DNA of 64,000 bases from Alphaproteobacteria bacterium (GCA_963665325.3 OZ224045.1:736001-800000); one strand, 5' to 3'; numbered from the stretch's first letter, positions 50,003-61,700 are shown. Program-made: numbers and translations. Notes: generated by a model from the sequence alone, not told the origin.

Positions 50003-53000
50003 GCAGCTGCGGCCGGAGCGCGAGACGCAGAACCGCGTCGTCGCCCTGTTCAGCGATCTGGCGCGGTCTGACAACCTCGGCTACCGCTATCTTGGCGACT
50101 GGAGCAAACGAGAAGACAACCGCGCGGTCGAAACGGCGCTCCTGCGCGACAACCTCAAGTCCCGCGGCTATTCCGACGCCTACATTTCCGCAGCCCTCCA
50201 GAAGCTGGAGGCTGCCGCCGATTCAACCGGCATTACGCTCTACCAGGCGAACCTCCGCACCTACCGGCTCTTGCGCTACGGCATACCCGTGCAGATTGCC
50301 GCTGGCCAGGCCCACGAGACCGTGCACATCGTCGACTGGGAGGACCCGGAGAAAAACGATTTCGCGCTGGCCGAAGAGGTAACGTTGACAAGCGGCTACG
50401 AACGGCGACCGGACATCGTGCTTTATCTCAACGGCCTCGCCGTCGGTGTCATCGAACTGAAACGCAGCTCTGTGGAAATCGGCGACGGCGTCCGGCAGCT
50501 CATCACGAATCAGGAAGAAATCTTCAATACGGCGTTCTTCAGCACGGCTCAACTCCTCTTCGCCGGCAACGATTCACAAGGACTCCGCTACGGCACGACG
50601 GGCACACCGGAACAGTTCTTCGTGGAATGGAAGGATGAGGCGCCGGCTGCTGCCGAGCCTACTGTGGGCGCACTGCTCGACCGGCCGCTGGCCCAGATGT
50701 GCAACAAGGCCCGGCTGCTCGATCTGATTCGGAATTTCATGATCTTCGACGCCGGGCAAAAGAAGGTGCCGCGGGCGCATCAGTTCTTCGGCGTGAAAGC
50801 CGCGCAGGCGCGTATCGCAAAGCGCGAAGGCGGCGTCATCTGGCACACCCAGGGTAGCGGGAAGAGCATCGTGATGGTGCTGCTTGCGAAGTGGATTCTT
50901 GAGCAGGACCCCGACGCTCGCGTCCTCGTCGTCACTGACCGCGACGAACTGGACAAGCAGATCGAAGGAGTAATGAGGAACGCGGGGGTGATTGGCCCGG
51001 ACGCAGCCTCTCCGCGTATCACGTCGCGGGCTGAGTTCGTCGAGAAGCTTGGAGCGACGATGCCCCGACTCCTGTGTGCGCTGATCCACAAGTTCGACGC
51101 GGCCGACCTCAGGGGCAGTCCGCCGCCGATCTCAGGGCGCTTCTACGTGTTTGTAGACGAATGCCACCGCACTCAGGGCGGCGACATGAACCGCCAGATG
51201 AAGCGCTGGCTGGAAGGGGCGGTCTTCGTCGGCTTCACCGGCACGCCGCTCCTCCGCAAGGACAGGCGGATGACGCGGGATGTCTTCGGAACCTACATCC
51301 ACACCTACAAGTTCCATGAAGGAGTGGCCGACGGCGTCATCCTCGATCTCAAATACGAGGCGCGCGACGTTCCGCAGCGTCTGACCTCGCAGGCCGCTAT
51401 CGACCGATGGTTCGAGCAGAAGACCAAGGGCCTGAACAACTTCCAGAAGGCGGTGCTGCGCCAGCGCTGGGCGACGATGGAAGAGCTGATGAGCTCTGCC
51501 GAGCGTAAGCAGAGAATCATCGCCGACATCATTGAGGACTTCAGTCTTAAACCTCGACTCAATAATGACCGTGGCACGGCGATCCTGGTTGCCGCCTCGA
51601 TCTACGATGCCTGCCACTACTACCAGCTGTTCCAGAATACGGGCTTCGGTCCGTACTGTGGGATCGTCACGTCGTACGAGCCGAACCATAACGCGATTTC
51701 CCGCGAGCCGGCTGGCAGCAACGAACGCTATAAGTTCGACACCTACACCCTGCAAGTCCTCAAGGACGGCCAGACGGCCAACCAGTACGAGGAGGAGGCC
51801 AAGCGCCGTTTCATCGAAGAGCCGGCGCAGATGAAACTGCTGATCGTCGTGGGCAAGCTGCTCACTGGCTTCGACGCTCCGAGCTGTACGTACATCTATC
51901 TCGATAATGAGCTGCGCGACCATAACTTGTTCCAGGCCATCTGCCGCACGAACCGCCTCGACGGCGACGATAAGGATTACGGCCATATCGTCGATTTCAA
52001 GGAGCTTTTCGGCGAGGTGCAGGAAGCGGTGGCGGTCTACAGCTCGGACGAGCTTGACACCGATGCGGGTAATGGCGGCGACAACAACGTTCACGTCAAG
52101 GACCGGCTGAGCGAGGGCAGAAAGAAGCTCGACGAAGCCCGCGAAAAGCTGGGCTACCTTTGCGAACCGGTCCGAATGCCCCGCGAAGTCGAACAGTACC
52201 TTCGCTATTTCTGCGGCGACGCCGCGAACCCGAATGCGCTGCACGAGACCGAGACCCTGCGGATCTCGTTCTACAAGGCCGTTGCTGTCTATGTACGAGC
52301 CTTCGCGGCCATGGCGCAGGACCTGACAGAGGCGGGATACTCGGACCCGGAGGCAACCGCCATCGGGAAAGAAGTCGAGTTTTACGGCGAGATCCGTTCA
52401 GCCATCAAAAAGCACTCCGGCGAGGAACTGGACATCAAGCCGTACGAGACGGACATGCGCCATCTGCTGAACACGTACGTCCAGGCCGACCCTTCCGAGA
52501 GTCTCGGTGAACTGAGCGAGATGTCGCTGATGGAAGCGATTGTCGAGACCGGCATCCACAACGCTATCGCACGCAAGCTCAACGAGAGGGGCAAACTCTC
52601 CAGGAATGCGATTGCGGAAGGGATCGTCAACAATGTCCGAAAGACCATTGTCCGCAACCGGCTTACCGATCCCCGCTTCTACGAGCAGATGTCGAAGCTG
52701 CTCGACGACCTCATCAAGCAGAGCCGCGAGGATGCGGCGGCCTACGAGGAATTTCTCCGAAAGGCGGAGGCGCTCGTGAAACGGCTTATGGCCAGGCAGC
52801 TTGACGACGGCGTGCCGGCCGCGCTTCACGGCAGGCGGGAGGCGACGGTGGTGTACAACAACTTGCCGGAGATTCTCGCCGCCGGTCGCGCCCAAGCGGA
52901 TGGACTCGCCGAGGCGCCGGCCGAATTTGGGGACGAGCGTCTTAGGTTGTCGCTGGAGATCGACCGCGCGATGCGCGAGCAGGCGCCAGCAGGATGGAAG

Positions 53001-53114
53001 GGAGACCACGCGCGCGAGGCGCAGGTATTGAACGCGCTGTTTCCGCTGCTCGACCGGAATCGTGAGGCCACGCTGGCATTGTTCGAACTCTTAAAGAATC
53101 AGCCGGGTTACTGA
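49995..53114 (+). CDS. hsdR: Type I R-M restriction subunit
   Basis: PDIVLYLNG...IELK nuclease motif, [31 protein letters not shown]. Confidence 0.96.
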   Translation: MPEQLRPERETQNRVVALFSDLARSDNLGYRYLGDWSKREDNRAVETALLRDNLKSRGYSDAYISAALQKLEAAADSTGITLYQANLRTYRLLRYGIPVQIAAGQAHETVHIVDWEDPEKNDFALAEEVTLTSGYERRPDIVLYLNGLAVGVIELKRSSVEIGDGVRQLITNQEEIFNTAFFSTAQLLFAGNDSQGLRYGTTGTPEQFFVEWKDEAPAAAEPTVGALLDRPLAQMCNKARLLDLIRNFMIFDAGQKKVPRAHQFFGVKAAQARIAKREGGVIWHTQGSGKSIVMVLLAKWILEQDPDARVLVVTDRDELDKQIEGVMRNAGVIGPDAASPRITSRAEFVEKLGATMPRLLCALIHKFDAADLRGSPPPISGRFYVFVDECHRTQGGDMNRQMKRWLEGAVFVGFTGTPLLRKDRRMTRDVFGTYIHTYKFHEGVADGVILDLKYEARDVPQRLTSQAAIDRWFEQKTKGLNNFQKAVLRQRWATMEELMSSAERKQRIIADIIEDFSLKPRLNNDRGTAILVAASIYDACHYYQLFQNTGFGPYCGIVTSYEPNHNAISREPAGSNERYKFDTYTLQVLKDGQTANQYEEEAKRRFIEEPAQMKLLIVVGKLLTGFDAPSCTYIYLDNELRDHNLFQAICRTNRLDGDDKDYGHIVDFKELFGEVQEAVAVYSSDELDTDAGNGGDNNVHVKDRLSEGRKKLDEAREKLGYLCEPVRMPREVEQYLRYFCGDAANPNALHETETLRISFYKAVAVYVRAFAAMAQDLTEAGYSDPEATAIGKEVEFYGEIRSAIKKHSGEELDIKPYETDMRHLLNTYVQADPSESLGELSEMSLMEAIVETGIHNAIARKLNERGKLSRNAIAEGIVNNVRKTIVRNRLTDPRFYEQMSKLLDDLIKQSREDAAAYEEFLRKAEALVKRLMARQLDDGVPAALHGRREATVVYNNLPEILAAGRAQADGLAEAPAEFGDERLRLSLEIDRAMREQAPAGWKGDHAREAQVLNALFPLLDRNREATLALFELLKNQPGY

Positions 53115-53830
53115 TGGAAGAGACCATCCAGCTCGGCGAGATTGCCATTGCTCTCACCCGCAAGAACGTCAAGCACGTCTACCTGTCGGTGCATCCGCCG
53201 AGCGGGCGTGTGACGCTCGTCGCCCCGAAGGGGACACGTAGTGCGGTGGCCCGCGCGTACGCGATCTCCAGACTCGGGTGGATTCGGGACGAGCGGATAA
53301 AGATGCTTGGACAGGCGCGCGAGACGGCGCGCCAATTCGTCGAGCGCGAGAGCCACTACCTATGGGGTCGGCGCTACCTCTTGACCGTCAGGGAAGAAGA
53401 GGCGAAGCCCTCCATTCGTCTAAGCCATCGCGCCATCATGCTCACAGTGCGTCCCGGCAGCGGCGAGGTCAAACGCGCAGCGGTCATGCACAAATGGCAC
53501 AAGTCGCTTCTGCATGAGGTCGTTCGGGAACTGATCCCAAGGTGGGAGCCCAAGCTGGGTGTCGAGGTGTCCGGCTACTTCCTGCAACGAATGAAGACGA
53601 AGTGGGGTAGCTGCAATCACCGCGCCCGCACCATACGGCTCAATACGGAGCTCGTGAAAAAGCCCAAGGATCTGCTCGAATACGTGGTGGTCCACGAGAT
53701 GCTGCACCTCTTGGATCCGACGCACAGCGAGCGGTTCCTCGGGCTAATGAACAAGCATTACCCCACCTGGCGAGAAGCCAGGGCTGAACTGAATGAGTTG
53801 CCGCTTACCGCAGCGTCGTGGAACGAATAG
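53114..53830 (+). CDS. M48/SprT-like (YgjP family) zinc metallopeptidase, commonly downstream of hsdR
   Basis: MKTKWGSC, YVVVHEMLH (HExxH), HSERF. Confidence 0.9.
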   Translation: MEETIQLGEIAIALTRKNVKHVYLSVHPPSGRVTLVAPKGTRSAVARAYAISRLGWIRDERIKMLGQARETARQFVERESHYLWGRRYLLTVREEEAKPSIRLSHRAIMLTVRPGSGEVKRAAVMHKWHKSLLHEVVRELIPRWEPKLGVEVSGYFLQRMKTKWGSCNHRARTIRLNTELVKKPKDLLEYVVVHEMLHLLDPTHSERFLGLMNKHYPTWREARAELNELPLTAASWNE

Positions 53831-54049
53831 TTCCTCAGAACCCTCCCCCATAAAGCCCTGTTGCGCTATAATTTGCTGTCGCACCGCGCGCCACCAGCGG
53901 CCAGCAAGCAAATTGCTGTTCTTTCTCCAACACCTTGGTCTCCAGTGTTAATTCAAGAAATTCTACCTTCTGCAGAAATTTCACCCATTCCATTCCTTCA
54001 TAGATACGCAATAAATTTGTACAATATTTTCACAGCGCTGAGCGACTAA

Positions 54050-54247
54050 GACGGCAAGAGCCTCGGGCAGGTCGAACCCAAGGTGGAGCCGCTGCTCACG
54101 GTCGACCCGTTGCATCCCGGAAAACTGCGCACAAAAAGGAGCCCGATCACCCCTGCCAAGCACGACGACGATACTGCGGATAACGCCACCATCAAGGTCG
54201 CGCTGGGCGACTTAAAGCACCTCAAGAAGCAGTACCTGCCCACGTAG
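54050..54247 (+). pseudogene. Possible 3' gene remnant without a start codon
   Basis: Open frame with coding-like codon usage (DGKSLGQVEPK...ATIKVALGDLKHLKKQYLPT*), preceded by an AT-rich stretch. Confidence 0.3.
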
Positions 54248-54310
54248 ACGTTTCCTGTCGAATTCGGCTCTCGATACGCCCGAGGCCGCATATCTCGCCC
54301 GTCCCAGCAA

Positions 54311-56419
54311 TCATGCGTCAACGGCGCCATTTCCCATTTGCTTCTCGAAAGCTTGGCGCACGAGTCCCATGACGTACGGAAGCTCTTCGACTGTACTCAG
54401 TGCAATTTCTGCATCGCCGTTACCCCATCGGCCGAGGTTGGTCACGTCTCTTGCCAGTCCCTTGGGATCGTGTAGTTCATGAAATTTCAGGTTGAGAGAG
54501 AGCCGCAGGCGGCTCAGTTGCGGCACGACGTCCACGAAGTTGGTCTCAGCCTTGTAGGCAACGTATAGTTTCAAGAACTCTTCGCTCACGCAGCTATCAA
54601 GCGACAATACGGACTTGCGGAAGGCCTCGAACACCGGTTGCATGGGGCTGGTCGGGGCTAGATGCGGATGATCGTTGAGGCTGTAACTCGACGGCGCCTC
54701 GGGCTTTGCGCGGAGATCCGCCAATATATCGGCCGGTAGCGCCGGTGGTGCCCAGACCTTCGCGGCTTTGGTCGCCAATCGCTCAGCACGCTCCTGGATA
54801 GTATCTTCGTTCCAGACTTGCAGCCCACCGAGGCCTTCATTTAATCGCAGTGGACTCTCCTTCAACCCACCTGTCATATCGCGCTTCCTTGCAAAAGCAT
54901 GATCACTGTACTCGGGGTTGTATCCAGTCAGCGTCAAATTCCCGAGCGTATGCAACCATCTAGCCTGCACTTGCTGCCATTCGGAGCCCAGTGCCGCTCG
55001 CCACTCGGCTGAGAGGTTCTCATTCTGCGGCATAATGTGTTCGATTGTGTATTCGTCAACCGGCACCCGCTCTTTACGTTCATGATTTTCCAAGCGACGC
55101 AGCCAGTAGCTGCGACGCGGGAAGTTGTAGAGGTCGCGCACTGCCAGCTCACGCTTGAACTCCTCGTCCCCTGGAAAGCGTCTGTAGGACGGCAGGGTGA
55201 GTAGATGGGCCTGGATGCTCTGGACGTACCGGTCCTTCTTGAGTGCACGACCAAACGTGGCAAAGGTCTTATTGAGCGAGTTGGTAGGTATAGAGCACAC
55301 CGCTCGCCGGAACACGTAGGCTTCGATCAAGCGAACAGACTGGATAAGGTCCAGTTTCGGAAGACGACCGCGAACGTAGTCGTCGTAAAGCTCAAGCAGA
55401 AACGGAAACGCCACGTCCACCTTCAGCTCTCGGAGATCCCGGAATACCGGCGCGAGATCGCCGTCTTGTTCCTTGTCGAGAGCCATCGCGCAGTAGTAGT
55501 CGGCGTAGCCATGAATGTCGGCTACCAACGTATCCACGCCGGCAGAGGCCACATCAGGCGATCGTGCGTGGCCCTTAAACGCTTCGTAAACGGCCCGAAC
55601 GTTGGGGATATCACCAGTCTTTAGTGTCAAATAATGGCGCATAAAGCCATCGAAATGCGTGCCGTATGCTTCCTGCCCGAAAGCAATTTCCATAGGGTGC
55701 CAATGTTCCTCATAAAGGCGCATCTGGTGGGCCGGCTCCAATCCCATCAAAATGAAGTTACGGATCAAGTCTGCTTGGCTAAGCTCACGTCCAGTTGAGT
55801 TCATACTTTCGAATATTAGCTGAGGATTGTCTTGCTCGCGACTCAATGCGACATCCACGATTGTGAGTTTCGCAAGCCCTTTACAGAGAGGCGCAAGTCC
55901 CGTCTTGCCGAGCGCTCGTACCCGTCCATCGAAAAAATCGAAGTTCTGCGTAATGCGCAATGAGTGGCCCATCGACTGGGGCTTTTGCTGCATGAGCGCG
56001 AGTAGGCTTTGTTTATCCGTCTGAGTTAGCAGAAGTTTAAATCCACGTTCTCCCTCTTCCAAAGGGTTGAGGAGATAGTAGTTGCGAAGTTTCTTCGCCG
56101 AAAATCCATCCATTGGCTCATCATCACCCACATGCCTTGCCAAAGCCTCGAGAATCAGCATGACAGTTGTGAGGCGCTGCTGTCCGTCAATGACAAGCAA
56201 TGGCGACTGGCTGGATACCTGATAGAGGCCTTTTTCGATATAAACGATTGAGCCAGTGAAGTGAGCAGGAATAGCGTCATTAATGCCCGTTCGCAAGATG
56301 TCTTCCCAAAGCTGTCGGCACTGCCGCTCCGTCCAGCTATAAGTGCGCTGGTAAATTGGTATTACGAACTGGGGCGATTTCTTTAAGAATTTTAGGAAAT
56401 TGGCTTCAGTTGCTTTCAC
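54311..56419 (-). CDS. Fused GmrSD-like protein (DUF262 + DUF1524 HNH) with an extra C-terminal DUF5655-like domain
   Basis: IPIYQRTYSW, IDGQQRLTT, FESMNSTG; TIEHIMPQ...LGNLTL..N; C-terminal KLYVAYK...GRWGNGD; GTG start. Confidence 0.88.
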   Translation of the reverse strand: MKATEANFLKFLKKSPQFVIPIYQRTYSWTERQCRQLWEDILRTGINDAIPAHFTGSIVYIEKGLYQVSSQSPLLVIDGQQRLTTVMLILEALARHVGDDEPMDGFSAKKLRNYYLLNPLEEGERGFKLLLTQTDKQSLLALMQQKPQSMGHSLRITQNFDFFDGRVRALGKTGLAPLCKGLAKLTIVDVALSREQDNPQLIFESMNSTGRELSQADLIRNFILMGLEPAHQMRLYEEHWHPMEIAFGQEAYGTHFDGFMRHYLTLKTGDIPNVRAVYEAFKGHARSPDVASAGVDTLVADIHGYADYYCAMALDKEQDGDLAPVFRDLRELKVDVAFPFLLELYDDYVRGRLPKLDLIQSVRLIEAYVFRRAVCSIPTNSLNKTFATFGRALKKDRYVQSIQAHLLTLPSYRRFPGDEEFKRELAVRDLYNFPRRSYWLRRLENHERKERVPVDEYTIEHIMPQNENLSAEWRAALGSEWQQVQARWLHTLGNLTLTGYNPEYSDHAFARKRDMTGGLKESPLRLNEGLGGLQVWNEDTIQERAERLATKAAKVWAPPALPADILADLRAKPEAPSSYSLNDHPHLAPTSPMQPVFEAFRKSVLSLDSCVSEEFLKLYVAYKAETNFVDVVPQLSRLRLSLNLKFHELHDPKGLARDVTNLGRWGNGDAEIALSTVEELPYVMGLVRQAFEKQMGNGAVDA

Positions 56420-56884
56420 GGCATACCCTTTTCTTCAACAAGATTTCTGCCCTATCCTCGATATGTGTGATCGAAGAGTAATCGATGCAGGCTTCGAACC
56501 TCTCTTGGAAGTTGCTTGCACAACCTAATAGGCGTATATGCGGCGGAATAGCCGGGTCGGTAGCCATCATACCGGCAACTCAGCGTTTGGCTATATTCTT
56601 GGTCACCAGCAGGACGATGCTCAGAAAGTCAGGAATCGTACCGTAACCGCTTCAGGTCGAAGTCGGTTACATCCAGGCGGTCGTTGGTCGCGATCAAGCG
56701 CAGCCAGATCATCGCAGATATCCTTTCAGATCCCGCTTGGTTGATGCCGTAATGCCTGGCATTCTTCCCGACATTCACGTTTCTGCTTGTTCTGTCATAA
56801 CCCGCCGGCCGCGGCCGGGCCGACCGCTGCAACCCCAAGCGAGGCCTCGATTCTCCGGTCCGCTGGAAGGAACCGGCGACGCCG

Positions 56885-56926
56885 CCGGTCTTCGCAGCAA
56901 AAGCGCGTGATTTCAACCTGCTGTCC
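56885..56926 (+). repeat. Degenerate direct repeat, copy B (overlaps right arm of hairpin 56862-56898)
   Basis: ccggtcttcg-cagcaa-aagcgcgtgatttcaacctgctgtcc; same orientation as copy A, 11,717 bp downstream. Confidence 0.7.
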
Positions 56927-56968
56927 CTCACCGGCTTCGCGTGTCCCCGGCCCCCGGCCAAACCCGGT

Positions 56969-57256
56969 TCATCCCCTATGTCGAGAATTCACGGCATCCT
57001 TCAGCGGCTTGCCGGCCTTGAAGACCGGTGCGGTCGAGGCCGCGATCTCGACCTGCTCGCCCGTGCCCGGACTACGCCCTGTGCGCGCCGGTCGGTTTCG
57101 CGTCCCGAACGTGCCGAATCCGAGGATCCGCGCCTCCTCGCCATTCGCCAGGGCCTCGGCAATCACCTCGAACACGCCGTCGACTGCATCCTTCGCGGCG
57201 GCCTTGCTCATTCCCGTCCGGCCTGCCAGACGCTCCGCCAGTTCCGACTTGTTCAT
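56969..57256 (-). CDS. HU family DNA-binding protein
   Basis: MNKSEL...GFGTF..RNRPARTGRSPGTGEQVEIAAS..PVFKAGKPLKDAVN. Confidence 0.94.
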   Translation of the reverse strand: MNKSELAERLAGRTGMSKAAAKDAVDGVFEVIAEALANGEEARILGFGTFGTRNRPARTGRSPGTGEQVEIAASTAPVFKAGKPLKDAVNSRHRG

Positions 57257-57423
57257 CCATGCGCTCCCGTTCTCGCCAACTGCTTCGTCCCGAGCCTGAG
57301 TAGCATGCTGCGCCCGGCTACTCGATATCCGCGTAACTCCCGTTCCCCTTCGCCCTGCGCATGGACAGTCCCGTCCGGAGCCTGTCTCATGGCCGCGAGT
57401 CCCTTTCGGACAGGCCTTGTGCG

Positions 57424-57849
57424 ATGGAAAGCGACGAGCAGCTTCGGGAAAAACTCGCCAAGGTCGAAGCCCTGTTTCGGCAGGCCGGCAGTCCGGGGGA
57501 GCGGGTAGCTGCCGGGGCCGCAATGGAGCGGCTGCGCGGGCGCCTCGGCAATGCCGGCAAGGAAGGCGGACCGGAGACGGAACTCCAGTTCCCGTTACCC
57601 GACATGTGGTCGGTCAGCCTGTTCATCGCCATCTGCCGCAAGCACGGCCTGCGTCCCTTCCGCTACGCGCGGCAGCGCCGCACGACCGTCATGGTCCAAG
57701 CCCCCGAACGGCCCTTCAACCGCGTGGTATGGGCCGCGTTCAGCCGGCTTCATACCGAACTCCAGATGTACTTCCAGGACGTTATCGACCATCTGATTAC
57801 GCGCGCCATGGGCCTGGACGGCGATGACAGTACCATCGGGCGCCGGTAG
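57424..57849 (+). CDS. Hypothetical protein with DUF2786-like N-terminal helices
   Basis: LREKLAKVEALF..AGSPGE..AA; WSVSLFIAICRKHG..PFRY.RQRRTTVMV. Confidence 0.7.
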   Translation: MESDEQLREKLAKVEALFRQAGSPGERVAAGAAMERLRGRLGNAGKEGGPETELQFPLPDMWSVSLFIAICRKHGLRPFRYARQRRTTVMVQAPERPFNRVVWAAFSRLHTELQMYFQDVIDHLITRAMGLDGDDSTIGRR

Positions 57850-57929
57850 TCGCCATGCCACTCCGGCGTGCTTCGGCTCTTCGATGCCGCTCGACCGGCA
57901 AATGCAATCCGCCGGAATCCGTTGGCCGG

Positions 57930-58193
57930 TCAGTCCTCGCGAGGTTCGACAATCACGCGCTTGCGGCCCCGCCGAACGATGTAGCCGCCCCGCCGAATTG
58001 AAAGCCGACCTTCCTGGACCAGGGGCCACAACGCATTCGAGATCACCTCCGCATTTTCATCGGCCTGCGGCGCCTCGACCGCCCGGTCGAGCCATTTCGC
58101 AAATGCCTCATCCGCAATGGCAGGCCCCAGGGACTTGCGAAGGGCATTGAGTTTCCGGAGATTGCCTTTCGAAAGGGCGCCTTCATCGATCAT
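57930..58193 (-). CDS. Small hypothetical protein with basic C-terminus
   Basis: 87-aa ORF with a GGGAGG RBS; ends RRGGYIVRRGRKRVIVE. Confidence 0.7.
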   Translation of the reverse strand: MIDEGALSKGNLRKLNALRKSLGPAIADEAFAKWLDRAVEAPQADENAEVISNALWPLVQEGRLSIRRGGYIVRRGRKRVIVEPRED

Positions 58194-58708
58194 GCTGGCA
58201 GCCTCCCTTCATCGGATTGCACCGAACAGCCCATTAATGAACGCGATTCGTACAATATGTAACTCCCTCGCCGGCTATCCTTCAAATTCAATTACCCCGC
58301 CGACTGTGCTGGTCCGATCGGCCATCCGCCGCCCGGGTGGAAGGCACGGCGTGCGTCTCCTCGAACAATGAACACTTGTCCTGCGCCGCCGGAAGACCGG
58401 GTCCGGCCATGAGGCCGGATCGGGCTTTGCTGCGGGCGAGGAGGACAAGCGAAAGCGGCCGTCCATCCGGAGTCCGCCGGCGTCTTGCCGGGTAGACGGT
58501 TCTTCGTTTTCGGAATTGGCCTTTGGCGACGGCATGTGATCGCTTCCACTTGCTCGCGGAGATCGGGAAGGAGGCGTCGCCGTGCCCTTGAGCAGAGGGC
58601 CTTGCCGTTCAGAACCTGCCGGGAGCGATGCCATGTCGCGTTGCCTTGCGCCAGGTTCGCGCGCGTCCGGTCGTTGCTCCGATGCTGGACGCGTTATGAT
58701 CCCCTCCC

Positions 58709-61700
58709 ATGGTCGCGAAGGTCCGCAATCTGACGTCTTCGTCGTCGACGGCGGAGTATTTCCACGAGGAGGGCGGCTACTACGCGGCGGCCGGCGGCGA
58801 CCGGGAGGCGGCGCGCGCGAAGGCGGCGGAGCACCGCCTGGCGAGCGCCTGGCACGGGCAGGCTCTGGCGGCGCTCGGGCTGAAGGAGGGACAGAAGGTC
58901 TCGGCGGGCACGTTCGAGACGCTTCTTCAGGGCCATGTGCCGGGCACGAACATCCGGCTGGGCCGCAAGCGCGACGGCAAGCACGAGCATCGCCCCGGTT
59001 TCGACATCACCTTCTCCGCCCCGAAATCCGTGTCGCTGGCCGCACTCCTGCCGACGCGGAAACACCCCCGCGGCGACCGGGGCGTGCTGCGCTGCCACGA
59101 TGAGGCGGTGAAGGCGACGCTGGAGTGGATCGAGGAGACGAAGCTCCAGACGCGGGGTTACGACCCGGCGACCGGCAGGCGCCCGCGCGTGAAGGGACAC
59201 GGCATGGCGGCGGCGCTCTTCCGGCATATCGCAAGCCGCAATCTCGACCCGCAGCTGCACACCCATGCGGTGGTGGCCAACATGACCCGCGACGGCGAGG
59301 GCCGCTGGAAGAGCATCGAGCCGACGGAGCTGCACCGGAACGCGATCCTTATCGGGGCCTATTACCGCAATGAGCTGTCGCGGCGGCTGATCGCGAAGGG
59401 CTACTCGGTCCTGCCGGCGATGGCGGGGCGCATCCGGAGCTTCGAGATCGCGGGCTACGACCTGCGGGTCCGGAATGCCTTCTCGACCCGCAGGAGGCAG
59501 ATCCTGACCTGGCTGGACGAGCAGGGCTGGGACCACAGCCAGGCGGCGGCGCAGATCGCGGCGCTTGCGACGCGGAAGCGCAAGGCGGAGCCGCTGCACG
59601 CGATGCTGCGGACGATCTGGGCGGCCCGGGCCGAGGAGATTGGAGAGGTTCCGGTCGTCCGCCGCTCGTGGCGCGGGGTTTCGCTGCCGGCCGCGCCGTC
59701 CGCCCTGGAGATCGTCGGCCGCGCGATGGAGCATCTGGAGGAGCGGCAGTCGGTGTTCGCCGCGCACCAGCTGGAAGCTGTCGCGCTCGGCCACTCGCCG
59801 GGACGGCATACGCTCGAGGCGATCCGGGATGCGATCGCATGGATGGTGCGTGACCGGCATCTGGTCGAGGCAACGCTCCGGCGCGCCGACCAGTCATTCG
59901 TCACCGACCGGGCGCTCAAGGCGGAACGCAAGGTGATCGCCGCGATGAAGGCCGGCATCGGCGAGGGCATGGCGCTTGCCACGGAAGAGCAGGTTGCGGC
60001 CCGTCTCGCGGGCGCGGGGCTCACCGAGGGGCAGGAGGAGGCGGTGCGGACGATATTGCTGACGCCTGACCGGATCGTCGGCGTACAGGGCCGGGCCGGA
60101 ACCGGCAAGACGACCATGCTGAGCCATGTGCGCGAACTCGCGGGCAAGCGGCTTGTGGTGGGGCTCGCGCCCTCCGCGGCGGCGGCGCGGGTTCTGGAGC
60201 GCGAGACGGACATGCCCGCCCGGACGCTGCAATGGTTCCTCGCCCGCTGCCGGGCGGTCGATGGTGCGGGGCCGGTGATCGACCGGCTGAGGGAGCGCTT
60301 CCGGGGCGCGGTGCTGGTGCTCGACGAGGCGTCGATGGTCTCGACCGACCAGATGAAGAGCCTGATGCGGGTTGCGGGGGAACTCGAGGTCGCGCGCCTC
60401 GTGCTGGTGGGCGACCGGAGCCAGCTGCGCGCTGTCGACGCCGGCCAGCCCTTCCGCCTGTTGCAGCAGGCGGGCATGAAGACGGCGGAGATGAACGAGA
60501 TCCTGCGCCAGAGGGAGCCGAAGCTCAGGGCGGCCGTGAACGCGGCGCAGGAAGGAGAGCCCGGCGAGGCGGTGGAGCTGCTCGGCAGCAGCGTGCACGA
60601 GGTTCCCTGGGACGAGCTCGGGCAGAAGGCGGCAGAGACCTGGCTCGCGCTCGACCCCGAGACCCGGTCCCGGACCCTGCTTGTGGCGCCGACGCATGAG
60701 CTCAGGGCGGAGATCAATGCGGTCGTGCGCGAGGCGCTGGCGGCGGAGGGCGTGCTCCGGGGCCGGGCGCTTCGAATCGACCGCCTGGTCGGGCTCGGCA
60801 TGACGCGCGCCGAGAAGGCCGACGTGCGCAACTACAGCGAAGGCGACACGGTGGTGCCGAACCAGGACCTCATGAACTACCGGGTGAAGAGGGACGAGGC
60901 GCTGACGGTCACCGGCATCGAGGAGGACCGCGTGCTGCTGCTGCATCCCGACGGCAGGCCGCGCCATGTCGCGCCGCAGCAGGGCCATGTCCGCTACCGT
61001 CTCGACGTCTACGAGACGCAGCCGATCGAGATCCGGGCGGGCGACCGCATACGCTGGACCCGCAACGACAGGAAGCGGGACCTCGTGAACGGCGAGCATT
61101 CCGAGGTCGTCGCGATCGGGCCGGACCGGGTGCGGTTCCGCCGCGCGGACGGGCGCACGTTCTCGCTCGCGCATGACGACCCCCAGCTCCGCCATCTCGA
61201 CCATGCCTGGAGCTCGACCGTGCATGGCGCGCAGGGCAGCACGGCGGACGGGGTGATCGCGGTGCTCGACTCGGGCCACGGGGCGCTCACCGACCAGTCG
61301 ACCTTCTATGTCGAGATCAGCCGGGCGCGCGACAGCGCGGTGGTGCTGACCGACAATTGCGAGCAGCTGGTCGAGGTCCTGGAGGCGCATACCGGCGAGC
61401 GCGCGACGGCGCTTGAGGCGGTGGGCGAGGAGATCGGCCCGGACATCGGGCCCGTCCGGATCCCCCACAAGCTGCCGGCCTGGTCGGTGCGCGGGGAATG
61501 GACGGAGCTGGAGGAGAAAGCCCGCAATGAAGGCACGATCCTCTTTCGCGTGGAGGGCTATGACGGCCTGATCGGCCGGACACGGCGGCTGGACGAGCGG
61601 TACCCCGGTCTTCCCGCGCCGATCCGGGAGGTCGTGGACGGGCTGCTTGCCTATGACCGCGGCTGCCGCGAGGGCGACCGGGGCGCTGTCGAGTTCCTGG

